This document shows, in pieces, positions 16,429 to 24,616 of a stretch of 30,136 nt of DNA. The position numbers were made by a program, and so were the translations under genes. The notes below the pieces were generated by a model that was given only the letters and a program-made list of their open reading frames with translations, was not told the DNA's origin and did no database searches. Numbering within the stretch: the first letter of the stretch is position 1; each line of letters begins with the position of its first letter. This DNA comes from an uncultured Clostridia bacterium. GTDB lineage: Bacteria; Bacillota; Clostridia; UBA1381. Where the stretch lies: contig CAKSJF010000026.1 of the NCBI GenBank assembly GCA_934462945.1, forward strand, positions 1 through 30,136, read 5' to 3'.

Positions 16429-17055
16429 ATGAAAAACACAGTCATTACAATCGGACGGCAGTTTGGCAGCGGCGGAAAGGAGTTTGGGGAAAAGCTTGCA
16501 AAGGAGCTTGGAATTTCCTTTTATGATGAGGAGCTTTTATCCATGGCGGCAGAAAAGAGCAATATCGATGAGGATATTTTAAAGCTTGCAGATGAAAAGG
16601 CAACGAACAGCCTTTTGTATTCTTTAGTGGTCAGCGGAGGACTTCGGAGCGTTCTGACGCAGGGCGTATGCGATCTTCCGATCAACGACCGTGTATTCTT
16701 GGCACAGGCAGAGAGTATTAAGGAACTGGCAAGAAAGGAATCCTGCGTCATTGTAGGACGGTGTGCCGACTATGTTTTGCAGGATGTGGACGTCAACCAT
16801 GTGGATGTGTTTGTCTATGCGGACATGGACAGCCGTGTTGCGCGGATCAGCAAGCTATATGGCTTAAATCATGCAGAAGCACGCGACCGTATTATCAAAA
16901 CAGAGAAAAAACGTAAAGCATATTACAATTACTATAGCAACCAGGAATGGGGAAGAATGAGCAACTACAGTCTTTGCATCAATGTCACCGATCTGGGGGT
17001 GGACGGAGCAGTCCAGGTTGCAAAGGCATATGCGGAGAATATGAAAAAAGCATAA
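16429..17055 (+). CDS. Cytidylate-kinase-like family protein (P-loop NTPase)
   Basis: VITIGRQFGSGGKEFGEKLAKELGISFYDEELL is typical of the cytidylate_kin2-type family. RBS aaggagag lies upstream. Confidence 0.7.
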   Translation: MKNTVITIGRQFGSGGKEFGEKLAKELGISFYDEELLSMAAEKSNIDEDILKLADEKATNSLLYSLVVSGGLRSVLTQGVCDLPINDRVFLAQAESIKELARKESCVIVGRCADYVLQDVDVNHVDVFVYADMDSRVARISKLYGLNHAEARDRIIKTEKKRKAYYNYYSNQEWGRMSNYSLCINVTDLGVDGAVQVAKAYAENMKKA

Positions 17056-17076
17056 CAAAAAAAGAGGGTATATGAC

Positions 17077-17919
17077 ATGTTAGAGATTATCAAAGCGGTT
17101 ATTCTGGGTATTGTGCAGGGCATTACAGAATGGCTTCCGATTTCCAGCACCGGACATCTGATTTTGGTGGAGCGTTTTTTGCGGCTGAATCAATCGCAGG
17201 AGTTTAAGGATTTATTTGTAGTAATCATTCAGTTTGGATCAATTTTAGCGGTTTTGACGCTTTATTTCCACAAGCTGAACCCGTTTTCACCAAAGAAAAG
17301 CGTACAGGAAAAACGCAATACCTGGCTGATGTGGTTTAAGGTAATTATAGCAATGCTTCCGGCGGCTGTTGCCGGAGTGCTGCTGGACAATCTGGTAACG
17401 AGTACCCTGTCAGTTCCTTTTGTCATTGCACTTGCCTTGATTGTGTATGGTGTCCTGTTCATTCTGATTGAGCGTCAGCATAAAAAGCCGAGAATTTCCT
17501 CCATAGATGAAATGAGCTACAAAACAGCATTGCTGATCGGTGTGTTTCAGGTGCTTTCCCTGATTCCGGGAACGTCCCGTTCCGGCTCGACTATCCTGGG
17601 CGCAGTGATTTTAGGTACTTCCCGGAGTGTTGCGGCAGAATTTTCGTTCTTTCTTGCGATTCCGGTGATGTTTGGTGCAAGCCTCCTGCGCGGTGTGAAA
17701 TTTGTAATGGAAAACGGACTTGCTCTGGATGCTGGCGGCGGCTGGATTCTTTTGGTTGGAACGGCAGTTTCCTATCTTGTTTCTCTCTGGGCAATCCGAT
17801 TCTTGGTCGGATATATCAGAAAGCATGATTTCACCGCATTCGGGTATTACCGGATTGTGTTAGGTATGTTGGTTCTGATCTATTTTGCGATAACAGGCGG
17901 CTTGTTTGTACTTTCATAA
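17077..17919 (+). CDS. uppP: Undecaprenyl-diphosphate phosphatase
   Basis: GITEWLPISSTGHL and PGTSRSGSTI motifs; polytopic membrane protein of typical length (280 aa). Confidence 0.9.
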   Translation: MLEIIKAVILGIVQGITEWLPISSTGHLILVERFLRLNQSQEFKDLFVVIIQFGSILAVLTLYFHKLNPFSPKKSVQEKRNTWLMWFKVIIAMLPAAVAGVLLDNLVTSTLSVPFVIALALIVYGVLFILIERQHKKPRISSIDEMSYKTALLIGVFQVLSLIPGTSRSGSTILGAVILGTSRSVAAEFSFFLAIPVMFGASLLRGVKFVMENGLALDAGGGWILLVGTAVSYLVSLWAIRFLVGYIRKHDFTAFGYYRIVLGMLVLIYFAITGGLFVLS

Positions 17920-17932
17920 GGGGAGAGACTGC

Positions 17933-18187
17933 ATGTACGAATGGATCTTCATTGGATGGAATCTGGCAGTGTTTTTTCTGTATGGATGGGATAAACACCG
18001 GGCAATATCGGGCGGATGGAGAGTGCCGGAAAATGTACTGCTCGGCACAGCATTCCTCCTGGGCGGCGTTGGCGGTGTGCTGGGAATGATTGTTTGGCAT
18101 CATAAAACCTCCAAAATGCGCTTCCGTCTGCTTGTTCCTTGTTTCTTTTTACTGACTCTGTCGGTGATGAGATGTTTGGGGGGATGA
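17933..18187 (+). CDS. DUF1294-family small membrane protein
   Basis: WDKHRAISGGWRVPENVLLGTAFLLGGVGGVLGMIVWHHKTSKMRF. The ATG at 17933 follows RBS ggggagag. The TTG at 17906 would overlap uppP. Confidence 0.7.
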   Translation: MYEWIFIGWNLAVFFLYGWDKHRAISGGWRVPENVLLGTAFLLGGVGGVLGMIVWHHKTSKMRFRLLVPCFFLLTLSVMRCLGG

Positions 18188-18280
18188 GCAGTGGCAAAAA
18201 AGATTGAAAAGATTGTCAACCAACTAAAAGGAATGATCGAGGAGGTTGCAATTTTAGAGTATGATAAAATTGCATAGAGA

Positions 18281-18309
18281 TTCTTTGTAAATATCACGAA
18301 AAAAGGTTG
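18281..18309 (+). repeat. Direct repeat, copy 1 (29 bp, identical to 18769-18797)
   Basis: ttctttgtaaatatcacgaaaaaaggttg. Confidence 0.95.
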
Positions 18310-18337
18310 ATCTATAAATCAAAAAGGTAATGATAGA

Positions 18338-18568
18338 ATGGAGAAGTTTATGGAATATATTATTAATTTAACGTGGGATGATGATGCAAGTGTGTGGATT
18401 GCAACCAGTGATGATATACCAGGTCTTGTATTGGAATCAGGTTCGTTTGATGCTTTGCTGGAACGTATTCGATTTGCTGCACCGGAAATTATTGCATTAA
18501 ATCACCCAAAGCAGTCTTCATATGTTTTATCTTTTGTATCCAATAGACATGAAAGGATTGCTTTGTGA
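18338..18568 (+). CDS. DUF1902 / HicB-like antitoxin candidate
   Basis: NLTWDDDASVWIATSDDIPGLVLESGSFDALLERI resembles the DUF1902 proteins that pair with HicA-type toxins. The start may be the ATG at 18350 (GGAG plus 6 nt). Confidence 0.55.
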   Translation: MEKFMEYIINLTWDDDASVWIATSDDIPGLVLESGSFDALLERIRFAAPEIIALNHPKQSSYVLSFVSNRHERIAL

Positions 18569-18765
18569 TGGCGGAATATGAGAAAAAAGTGCGAGACATA
18601 CTTCGTAAGAATCATTGCACATTTTTCCGACATGGAAAGGGTGATCATGATATTTGGTACAGCCCAATCACGGATCGGCATATCACGGTTGACACAAAAA
18701 TCAAATCGCGGCATACCGCAAATGAGATTATGAAACAGAGCGGTATAGATTATCGATTTCGTTAA
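18568..18765 (+). CDS. hicA: HicA/YcfA-like mRNA-interferase toxin candidate
   Basis: 65 aa: VRDILRKNHCTFFRHGKGDHDIWYSP...ITVDTKIKSRHTANEIMKQSGI, i.e. the G-x-x-H core and C-terminal IlkqaGl-like tail of HicA. The start overlaps the upstream stop (GTGATG). Confidence 0.6.
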   Translation: MAEYEKKVRDILRKNHCTFFRHGKGDHDIWYSPITDRHITVDTKIKSRHTANEIMKQSGIDYRFR

Positions 18766-18768
18766 TGG

Positions 18769-18797
18769 TTCTTTGTAAATATCACGAAAAAAGGTTG
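18769..18797 (+). repeat. Direct repeat, copy 2 (29 bp)
   Basis: Identical 29-mer 488 bp after copy 1. Its 3' end forms the left arm of the terminator hairpin that follows. Confidence 0.95.
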
Positions 18798-18826
18798 CTT
18801 TTTAGGACAGAAAAGCAGCCTTTTTT
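18787..18826 (+). terminator. Rho-independent terminator
   Basis: aaggttgctttt (18791-18802) pairs with aaaagcagcctt (18811-18822, one G-U pair), followed by a T-run. Confidence 0.75.
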
Positions 18827-18866
18827 GTTAGATATAGAAATGTTTTTTGAAATTTCTGAAAAACTG

Positions 18867-18895
18867 TTGAATTTTCTGCTTTTTTATGTTAAAGT
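18867..18895 (+). promoter_or_regulatory. Candidate potABCD promoter
   Basis: TTGAAT (18867-18872), 17 nt, TGtTAAAGT with the -10 at 18890-18895. Confidence 0.4.
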
Positions 18896-18934
18896 GATAC
18901 TGGTATTTTTCATAAAAAATTGGAGGTGTATAGG

Positions 18935-19984
18935 TTGAAAAATATTATTAATTTAAAGGACATTGTTGTGGAGTTTGACGGCGAGAGCATTTTGCAGAAT
19001 ATCAATCTAGATATTCGCGATAAGGAGTTTGTCACGCTTTTGGGTCCGTCCGGATGCGGAAAAACAACCACGCTGCGGATTATCGGCGGTTTTTTGCAAC
19101 CGAACAGCGGGGATGTTTTGTTTGAGGGAAAGCGGATCAATCAGCTGCCACCCTATCGGCGGAATGTTAATACTGTCTTTCAGCGATATGCGCTGTTTCC
19201 GCACTTAAATGTGTACGACAATATTGCCTTTGGATTAAAGGTTCAGAAATTACCGGAAAAGGAAATCAGAAACCGGGTAGGAGAAATGCTGGAATTAGTG
19301 AATCTGCGCGGCTTTGAAAAGCGCGGAGTAAACCGTTTATCCGGCGGTCAGCAGCAGCGTGTGGCAATTGCACGCGCACTGGTCAACCGTCCGAAGGTGC
19401 TGCTTTTGGACGAGCCTTTGGGCGCTCTGGATTTAAAGCTCCGAAAGGAAATGCAGATTGAATTAAAAAGAATCCAGCAGAGCTTGGAGATTACCTTTGT
19501 GTATGTTACCCACGATCAGGAGGAGGCGCTCACAATGAGCGATACTGTTGTGGTGATGAATAAGGGAAATATTCAGCAGATCGGCAGTCCGGTTGATATA
19601 TATAATGAGCCGATTAATGCCTTTGTGGCAGATTTTATCGGTGAGAGTAATGTTTTAAAGGGTGTTATGCTTCGGGATTTTTTAGTAGAAATCAGCGGAC
19701 GGCAGTTTGAATGCGTGGACAAAGGCTTTGCTGAGAACGAGGCGGTGGATGTTGTGATCCGTCCGGAGGACGTGCAGTTGATCCCGGCAGCGGATGCGCA
19801 GATTTCAGGTGTAGTAGAATCGGTTACCTTTAAGGGTGTACACTACGAAATGCTGATCGACGCATACGATTTCCGCTGGATGGTGCATTCCACCAAAGCG
19901 GCGGAACTTGGGTCTACCGTTGGCATGACCTTCGATCCTTACGACATTCATGTTATGCACAAGATGAAAGAGACGGCATTTTAA
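18935..19984 (+). CDS. potA: Spermidine/putrescine ABC transporter ATP-binding protein
   Basis: Walker [10 protein letters not shown], signature LSGGQQQRV, Walker B LLLDEP, and a C-terminal TOBE-like region. The TTG at 18935 follows ggaggtg by 6 nt. The TTG at 18920 overlaps the RBS. Confidence 0.85.
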   Translation: MKNIINLKDIVVEFDGESILQNINLDIRDKEFVTLLGPSGCGKTTTLRIIGGFLQPNSGDVLFEGKRINQLPPYRRNVNTVFQRYALFPHLNVYDNIAFGLKVQKLPEKEIRNRVGEMLELVNLRGFEKRGVNRLSGGQQQRVAIARALVNRPKVLLLDEPLGALDLKLRKEMQIELKRIQQSLEITFVYVTHDQEEALTMSDTVVVMNKGNIQQIGSPVDIYNEPINAFVADFIGESNVLKGVMLRDFLVEISGRQFECVDKGFAENEAVDVVIRPEDVQLIPAADAQISGVVESVTFKGVHYEMLIDAYDFRWMVHSTKAAELGSTVGMTFDPYDIHVMHKMKETAF

Positions 19985-19997
19985 GGAGGGCGGAGCA

Positions 19998-20804
19998 ATG
20001 AAGAGAAAATTAATTGCCGCGCCTTATCTGGTGTGGATGGTTGTATTTATTGTAGTACCGCTTCTGATGGTTGCCTATTTTGCATTTACCGATGATAACG
20101 GAGCGTTTACGCTGGAATATGTTTCGGAGGTTGCCAAGTATACCAATATCTTTACGCGCTCTATCTGGCTTGCCGCGATTGCAACGGTGATCTGCCTTTT
20201 GATCGCATATCCTTTAGCATACATATTAACCGGCATGGAGCGGAATGTACAGAGTACGATGCTGATGATTGTGATGCTGCCGATGTGGATGAATTTCCTG
20301 CTCCGTACCTATGCCTGGATGACGATTTTAGGAAATAACGGAATTTTAAACACGTTCTTAGGCTTTTTCGGATTAGGACCGTATAAGCTTTTAAATACCG
20401 AGGGCGCGGTTGTTTTGGGTATGGTTTATAATTATCTTCCCTATATGATTCTGCCGCTCTATTCGGTCATGGTGAAGATTGACAAGAGTCTGATTGAGGC
20501 GGGGCAGGATTTAGGCTGCAACAGCATGAAAGTACTTGCGAAAATTATTGTTCCGCTAAGCCTGCCGGGGATTATGTCCGGGATCACGATGGTGTTTGTT
20601 CCGGCAATTAGTACTTTTATTATTTCCAGAATGCTGGGCGGTGGCGGAAACCTCTTAATCGGTGACTTGATTGAAATGCAGTTTTTGGGAAATTCCTATA
20701 ACCCGAATCTGGGCGCTGGAATTTCACTGGTTCTGATGGTGATTATTCTTTTGATCATGACGCTGATGAATCAGTTTGACAACGACGACCGTGTGTTGAT
20801 TTAA
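19998..20804 (+). CDS. potB: Spermidine/putrescine ABC transporter permease
   Basis: Six-TM permease with the EAA-type loop IEAGQDLGCNSMKVLAKIIVP; sits in the potA-D order. Confidence 0.8.
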   Translation: MKRKLIAAPYLVWMVVFIVVPLLMVAYFAFTDDNGAFTLEYVSEVAKYTNIFTRSIWLAAIATVICLLIAYPLAYILTGMERNVQSTMLMIVMLPMWMNFLLRTYAWMTILGNNGILNTFLGFFGLGPYKLLNTEGAVVLGMVYNYLPYMILPLYSVMVKIDKSLIEAGQDLGCNSMKVLAKIIVPLSLPGIMSGITMVFVPAISTFIISRMLGGGGNLLIGDLIEMQFLGNSYNPNLGAGISLVLMVIILLIMTLMNQFDNDDRVLI

Positions 20805-20816
20805 GGGGGTGACAGA

Positions 20817-21617
20817 ATGAAAAAACTTTCAAAATGCTATCTTGCGGCAGTCATGCTCTTTTTGTACCTGCCGATTATCGTGCTGATTATCTTTTCGTTC
20901 AACGTCACAAAAAGCCGGAGTGTGTTTTCCGGTTTTACGCTGGACTGGTATGTGAAGCTCTTTCAGAATGAGCTGATCATGACCTCCTTTCGGAATACGA
21001 TTGTGATTGCGATCTGCGCGTCTGTGCTGGCAACTGCCTTAGGAACAGCGGCGGCAATCGGCATTCAGGCAATGTCTAAGCCGGCAAAAGCGGTGGTGCT
21101 GAATGTGACAAATATTCCGATCATTAACCCGGAGATTGTCACCGGTGTATCTCTGATGCTGGTGTTCGTATTCTTTGCGGCGCGGATGAATCTGGAATTT
21201 GGATTTACCACACTTTTAATTGCGCATATTACCTTTAACGTGCCTTATGTAATTTTAAATATTATGCCTAAATTCCGGCAGATGAATCCGCATCTTTATG
21301 AGGCGGCGCAGGATTTGGGGTGTAATCCGGTGAAAGCATTTTTCAAAGTTGTGCTGCCGGAGATTATGCCTGGAATCGTGTCCGGGTTTTTGATGGCGTT
21401 CACGTTCTCGCTGGACGATTTCGTCATCAGCTATTTCACAAGCGGTTCTACCTCGCAGACCCTGCCGATCACGATTTATTCCATGACGCGCAGAAAGGTC
21501 AGCCCGGAAATAAACGCACTTTCCACGATTATTTTTGTAGTGGTTGTAATTGTTCTGATCACAAAAAATATTCTGGAGAGACGCGGACAGCGGATTGAAA
21601 AGGAGGTGCGCGGATGA
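20817..21617 (+). CDS. potC: Spermidine/putrescine ABC transporter permease
   Basis: Permease with EAA loop YEAAQDLGCNPVKAFFKVVLP; ATGA overlap with potD. Confidence 0.8.
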   Translation: MKKLSKCYLAAVMLFLYLPIIVLIIFSFNVTKSRSVFSGFTLDWYVKLFQNELIMTSFRNTIVIAICASVLATALGTAAAIGIQAMSKPAKAVVLNVTNIPIINPEIVTGVSLMLVFVFFAARMNLEFGFTTLLIAHITFNVPYVILNIMPKFRQMNPHLYEAAQDLGCNPVKAFFKVVLPEIMPGIVSGFLMAFTFSLDDFVISYFTSGSTSQTLPITIYSMTRRKVSPEINALSTIIFVVVVIVLITKNILERRGQRIEKEVRG

Positions 21618-22861
21618 AGAAGAAATGGATGCTTGCGCTCTTAGCGCTCCCGATTCTATTCTCTGCCGGCTGCGGCAGTGTGCCGGAGGAGGATGAGGAA
21701 GTTGAGGTTCAGACCCTGACCGTGGAGGACCCGGATTATTACACACGCTTTCGCGATGCCGGAATTTCTATTAATGTCTACAACTGGGGTGAATATATTT
21801 CGGACGGCAGTGACGAGGGAACGCTGGATGTGAATGCCGAGTTTACCAAGCTGACCGGCATTAAGGTCAATTACAGCACCTATGCCACCAATGAGGAACT
21901 GTACGCAAAGCTAAAGGGCGGCGGTGCAAATTATGATGTTGTCATTCCGTCTGATTATATGATCTCCCGGATGATCAAGGAGGACATGCTTTTACCGATT
22001 GATTTTTCCAATCTTCCGAATATGCAGTATGTGATGGATAAATTCAAAAATCCGGCATACGATCCTGAGCAGAAATATTCTGCACCCTATACCTGGGGAA
22101 CGGTGGGTATTATTTACGATAAAACCGCGATTGATCCGACCGATATGGATTGGGATATTCTGTGGGATGAACAGTATGCAGACCGAATTTTAATGTTCGA
22201 TAATCCGAGGGATGCCTTTGCCATTGCGGAGTCCCTTTTGGGATATTCCTTAAATACGGAAGATCCGGAGGAATTAGAGGCGGCAGCAAGAAAGCTGACC
22301 GCACAAAAGCATGTGGTGCAGGCTTATGTCATGGACGAAATTTTTGATAAGATGGGAGCAGGCGAGGCGCTCTTAGCGCCCTATTATGCCGGCGATGCAA
22401 TCACGCTGATGGATGAATACGATCATTTGGATTTTGCATTCCCAAAAAGCGGCACAAACCTCTTTTTTGACGCGATGTGTATTCCAAAATCTGCCCGTCA
22501 AAAGGAAGCGGCAGAAATGTATATCAATTTCATGTTAGAACCGGATATTGCCTATGCAACCACCACCTATATCGGCTATTCCACACCGAATGAGGGTGCA
22601 TATGAAAAACTTTCGGAGGAGGAGCAGGAGGATGAAATCTCCTATCCGCCGGATGAATTTTTAGAGAATAAGACTATGGTTTTTCAGAATCTTTCGGATG
22701 AGGCAAACTTAAAAATGCAAACGCTCTGGACCGAGATGAAGTCCAGTGAGGACGAGGTGCGAAATCAGTGGATTGTGCCGCTGTTTATGCTTGCCTGTGT
22801 GCTTTTATCCATCGGAATCCTGATCCGGCGGTATATAAAAAAGAAAAAAGATATTTTTTAG
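21614..22861 (+). CDS. potD: Polyamine-binding lipoprotein (PotD-like) with an extra C-terminal TM helix
   Basis: Lipobox LFSAGC, PotD-like core (NVYNWGEYI, DVVIPSDYM, YTWGTVGIIY) and a C-terminal WIVPLFMLACVLLSIGILIRRYIKKKKDIF. Confidence 0.8.
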   Translation: MKKKWMLALLALPILFSAGCGSVPEEDEEVEVQTLTVEDPDYYTRFRDAGISINVYNWGEYISDGSDEGTLDVNAEFTKLTGIKVNYSTYATNEELYAKLKGGGANYDVVIPSDYMISRMIKEDMLLPIDFSNLPNMQYVMDKFKNPAYDPEQKYSAPYTWGTVGIIYDKTAIDPTDMDWDILWDEQYADRILMFDNPRDAFAIAESLLGYSLNTEDPEELEAAARKLTAQKHVVQAYVMDEIFDKMGAGEALLAPYYAGDAITLMDEYDHLDFAFPKSGTNLFFDAMCIPKSARQKEAAEMYINFMLEPDIAYATTTYIGYSTPNEGAYEKLSEEEQEDEISYPPDEFLENKTMVFQNLSDEANLKMQTLWTEMKSSEDEVRNQWIVPLFMLACVLLSIGILIRRYIKKKKDIF

Positions 22862-22862
22862 C

Positions 22863-22890
22863 TTGCATTTTTCCAAAAGTATGGTAAAAT
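22863..22890 (+). promoter_or_regulatory. Candidate glucokinase promoter
   Basis: TTGCAT (22863-22868), 16 nt, TGgTAAAAT with the -10 at 22885-22890. Confidence 0.55.
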
Positions 22891-22970
22891 AATAGGAGAA
22901 GGTTGTCAGTCCCTCGGTCGGCTTACGCTGTCGGAGGGATTGTCATATTAACACAGAAAGGATGTTTTAT

Positions 22971-23909
22971 ATGTATTATATTGGAGTCGATTTAGGCGGT
23001 ACGAACATTGCTGCCGGAGTTGTGGATGAGCAGGGAAAAATCTTAAAGCAAGGCTCTACCCCGACGATGAATGAGCGCCATTATTCCGAAATTGTCCGGG
23101 ATATGGCAGAGCTTTGCAAAAAAATTACCGAAGAAGCCGGGTTGAGCATGAGCGACATTCAGGGAATCGGAATCGGATGCCCTGGTTCGATTGACAATAA
23201 AACCGGTATGGTGGTTTATGCAAATAACCTGAAAATGGATCATACACCGCTTGCGAAGGAACTGAAAAAGTATATTGATCTGCCGGTCAATGTGGAGAAT
23301 GACGCAAATGCTGCGGCAATGGGTGAGTATGTTGTAAACGGCGGCGGAGTGGATAGCTTTGTGTTCATCACTTTAGGAACTGGCGTCGGAGGCGGCGTTG
23401 TTATTAATGGAAAGCTTTATCGCGGCTTTAACGGTGTTGGCGCGGAATTAGGTCATGTCACCTTAGTACATGACGGAATCCCCTGCACCTGCGGCAATCA
23501 CGGCTGCTGGGAGGCATATGCATCTGTTACGGCTTTGATTCGTCAGACAAAAGAGGCAATGGAAAAGCATCCGGATTCGCTGATGTGCGAGTTTGCAGAA
23601 AAGGAAGGCAAAGTGAGCGGAAGAACTGCTTTTGAGGCTGCTAAAAAAGGAGATCCGGCAGCACAGGAGGTTGTGGATCAGTATGTGCGCTATGTAGCAG
23701 ACGGCTTGGTCGGTGTGGTAAATACATTCCAGCCGGAACGCCTTGTAATCGGTGGCGGTATCAGTAAAGAGGGAGATTACCTCTTAAATCCGATCAAGGA
23801 ATATGTGAAAAAATACGACTATAATAAGTACATGCCGAGAACAGAGATTTCCATTGCAACCCTGTTTAATGAAGCCGGCATTATCGGTGCTGCTTTGTCG
23901 GTGAAATAA
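22971..23909 (+). CDS. glcK: ROK-family glucokinase
   Basis: IGVDLGGTNIAAGVV; ROK zinc motif GHVTLVHDGIPCTCGNHGCWEAYAS. The ATG at 22971 follows gaaagga by 8 nt. Confidence 0.85.
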   Translation: MYYIGVDLGGTNIAAGVVDEQGKILKQGSTPTMNERHYSEIVRDMAELCKKITEEAGLSMSDIQGIGIGCPGSIDNKTGMVVYANNLKMDHTPLAKELKKYIDLPVNVENDANAAAMGEYVVNGGGVDSFVFITLGTGVGGGVVINGKLYRGFNGVGAELGHVTLVHDGIPCTCGNHGCWEAYASVTALIRQTKEAMEKHPDSLMCEFAEKEGKVSGRTAFEAAKKGDPAAQEVVDQYVRYVADGLVGVVNTFQPERLVIGGGISKEGDYLLNPIKEYVKKYDYNKYMPRTEISIATLFNEAGIIGAALSVK

Positions 23910-23911
23910 TC

Positions 23912-24577
23912 ATGTTTGATTATCAGGACAAATTTCATTTAACCAGAGAGCAGAGTCTATTCTTGGCAAAGAAAAAATGGGATGAGAATGTCTATTGCGG
24001 CATGCGGATGGAAAACAGAGCGGTAACCTTTCCGCAGACAAAAACCATTTTAGACGGTGTGAATGTGCCGGGAGTACAGTTGGATGATATTCAGGCAATT
24101 TTGAATATGAGAGATGTCTGGAGATATCTTCTGGAAACGGTTGATGAACCGGTTACGCTTTCGTATTTGTGCAGTCTGAATGAACAGATTGCAAGAAATG
24201 AAGCGCTTCAGTGGGGAAAGCTTCGCACCGGTACAGTAGGAATTTCCGGGACAGACTATGAGCCGCCAATCCCGGAATGGGAGAATACAGAGCGTGAATT
24301 AAAAGAGATTATGAATGCACCTGTTTCTTCTACGGAAAAGGCTTTAAATGCTTTTTTGTGGGGAGCGAGAGGTCAGTTTTTCTGGGACGGAAATAAGCGT
24401 ACCGGCATGACCCTGGCAAATAAAATTCTGATTTCTGCCGGTGCAGGAATTCTGACCATCACCGACCGATGCATGGAACAGTTTAATACTCTGCTGATCC
24501 AATACTATACAACCGGAGAGGCAGAACTGCTAAAGCAGTTTATGTATGAAAATACAATTCAAGGGATTCACCTATAA
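23912..24577 (+). CDS. Fic/Doc-fold protein with a non-canonical active-site loop
   Basis: QFFWDGNKRTGM aligns by eye to HxFx(D/E)GN(G/K)RxxR and to the P1 Doc loop HIFNDANKRTAL. An upstream MENRAVTF...ILDG segment resembles the Fic N-terminal helix region. The gene starts 2 nt after the glcK stop. Confidence 0.55.
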   Translation: MFDYQDKFHLTREQSLFLAKKKWDENVYCGMRMENRAVTFPQTKTILDGVNVPGVQLDDIQAILNMRDVWRYLLETVDEPVTLSYLCSLNEQIARNEALQWGKLRTGTVGISGTDYEPPIPEWENTERELKEIMNAPVSSTEKALNAFLWGARGQFFWDGNKRTGMTLANKILISAGAGILTITDRCMEQFNTLLIQYYTTGEAELLKQFMYENTIQGIHL

Positions 24578-24616
24578 AAAAATCCGACACACCCGATGGG
24601 ATGTGCCGGATTTTTT
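24578..24616. terminator. Bidirectional terminator between convergent genes
   Basis: A-run, aatccgacac pairing with gtgccggatt (one mismatch), then TTTTTT. The wecB stop codon lies in the T/A tract. Confidence 0.8.

Noticed and set aside
22894-22990. SD-like aggagaagg with a TTG-initiated ~29-codon upstream ORF, and a 9-bp hairpin (22907-22915 / 22934-22942) in the glcK leader.
   Set aside because: The SD-like sequence would sit at the very 5' end of the transcript predicted from the promoter. The hairpin is short with an 18-nt loop. I recognise no riboswitch or cre-like signature.
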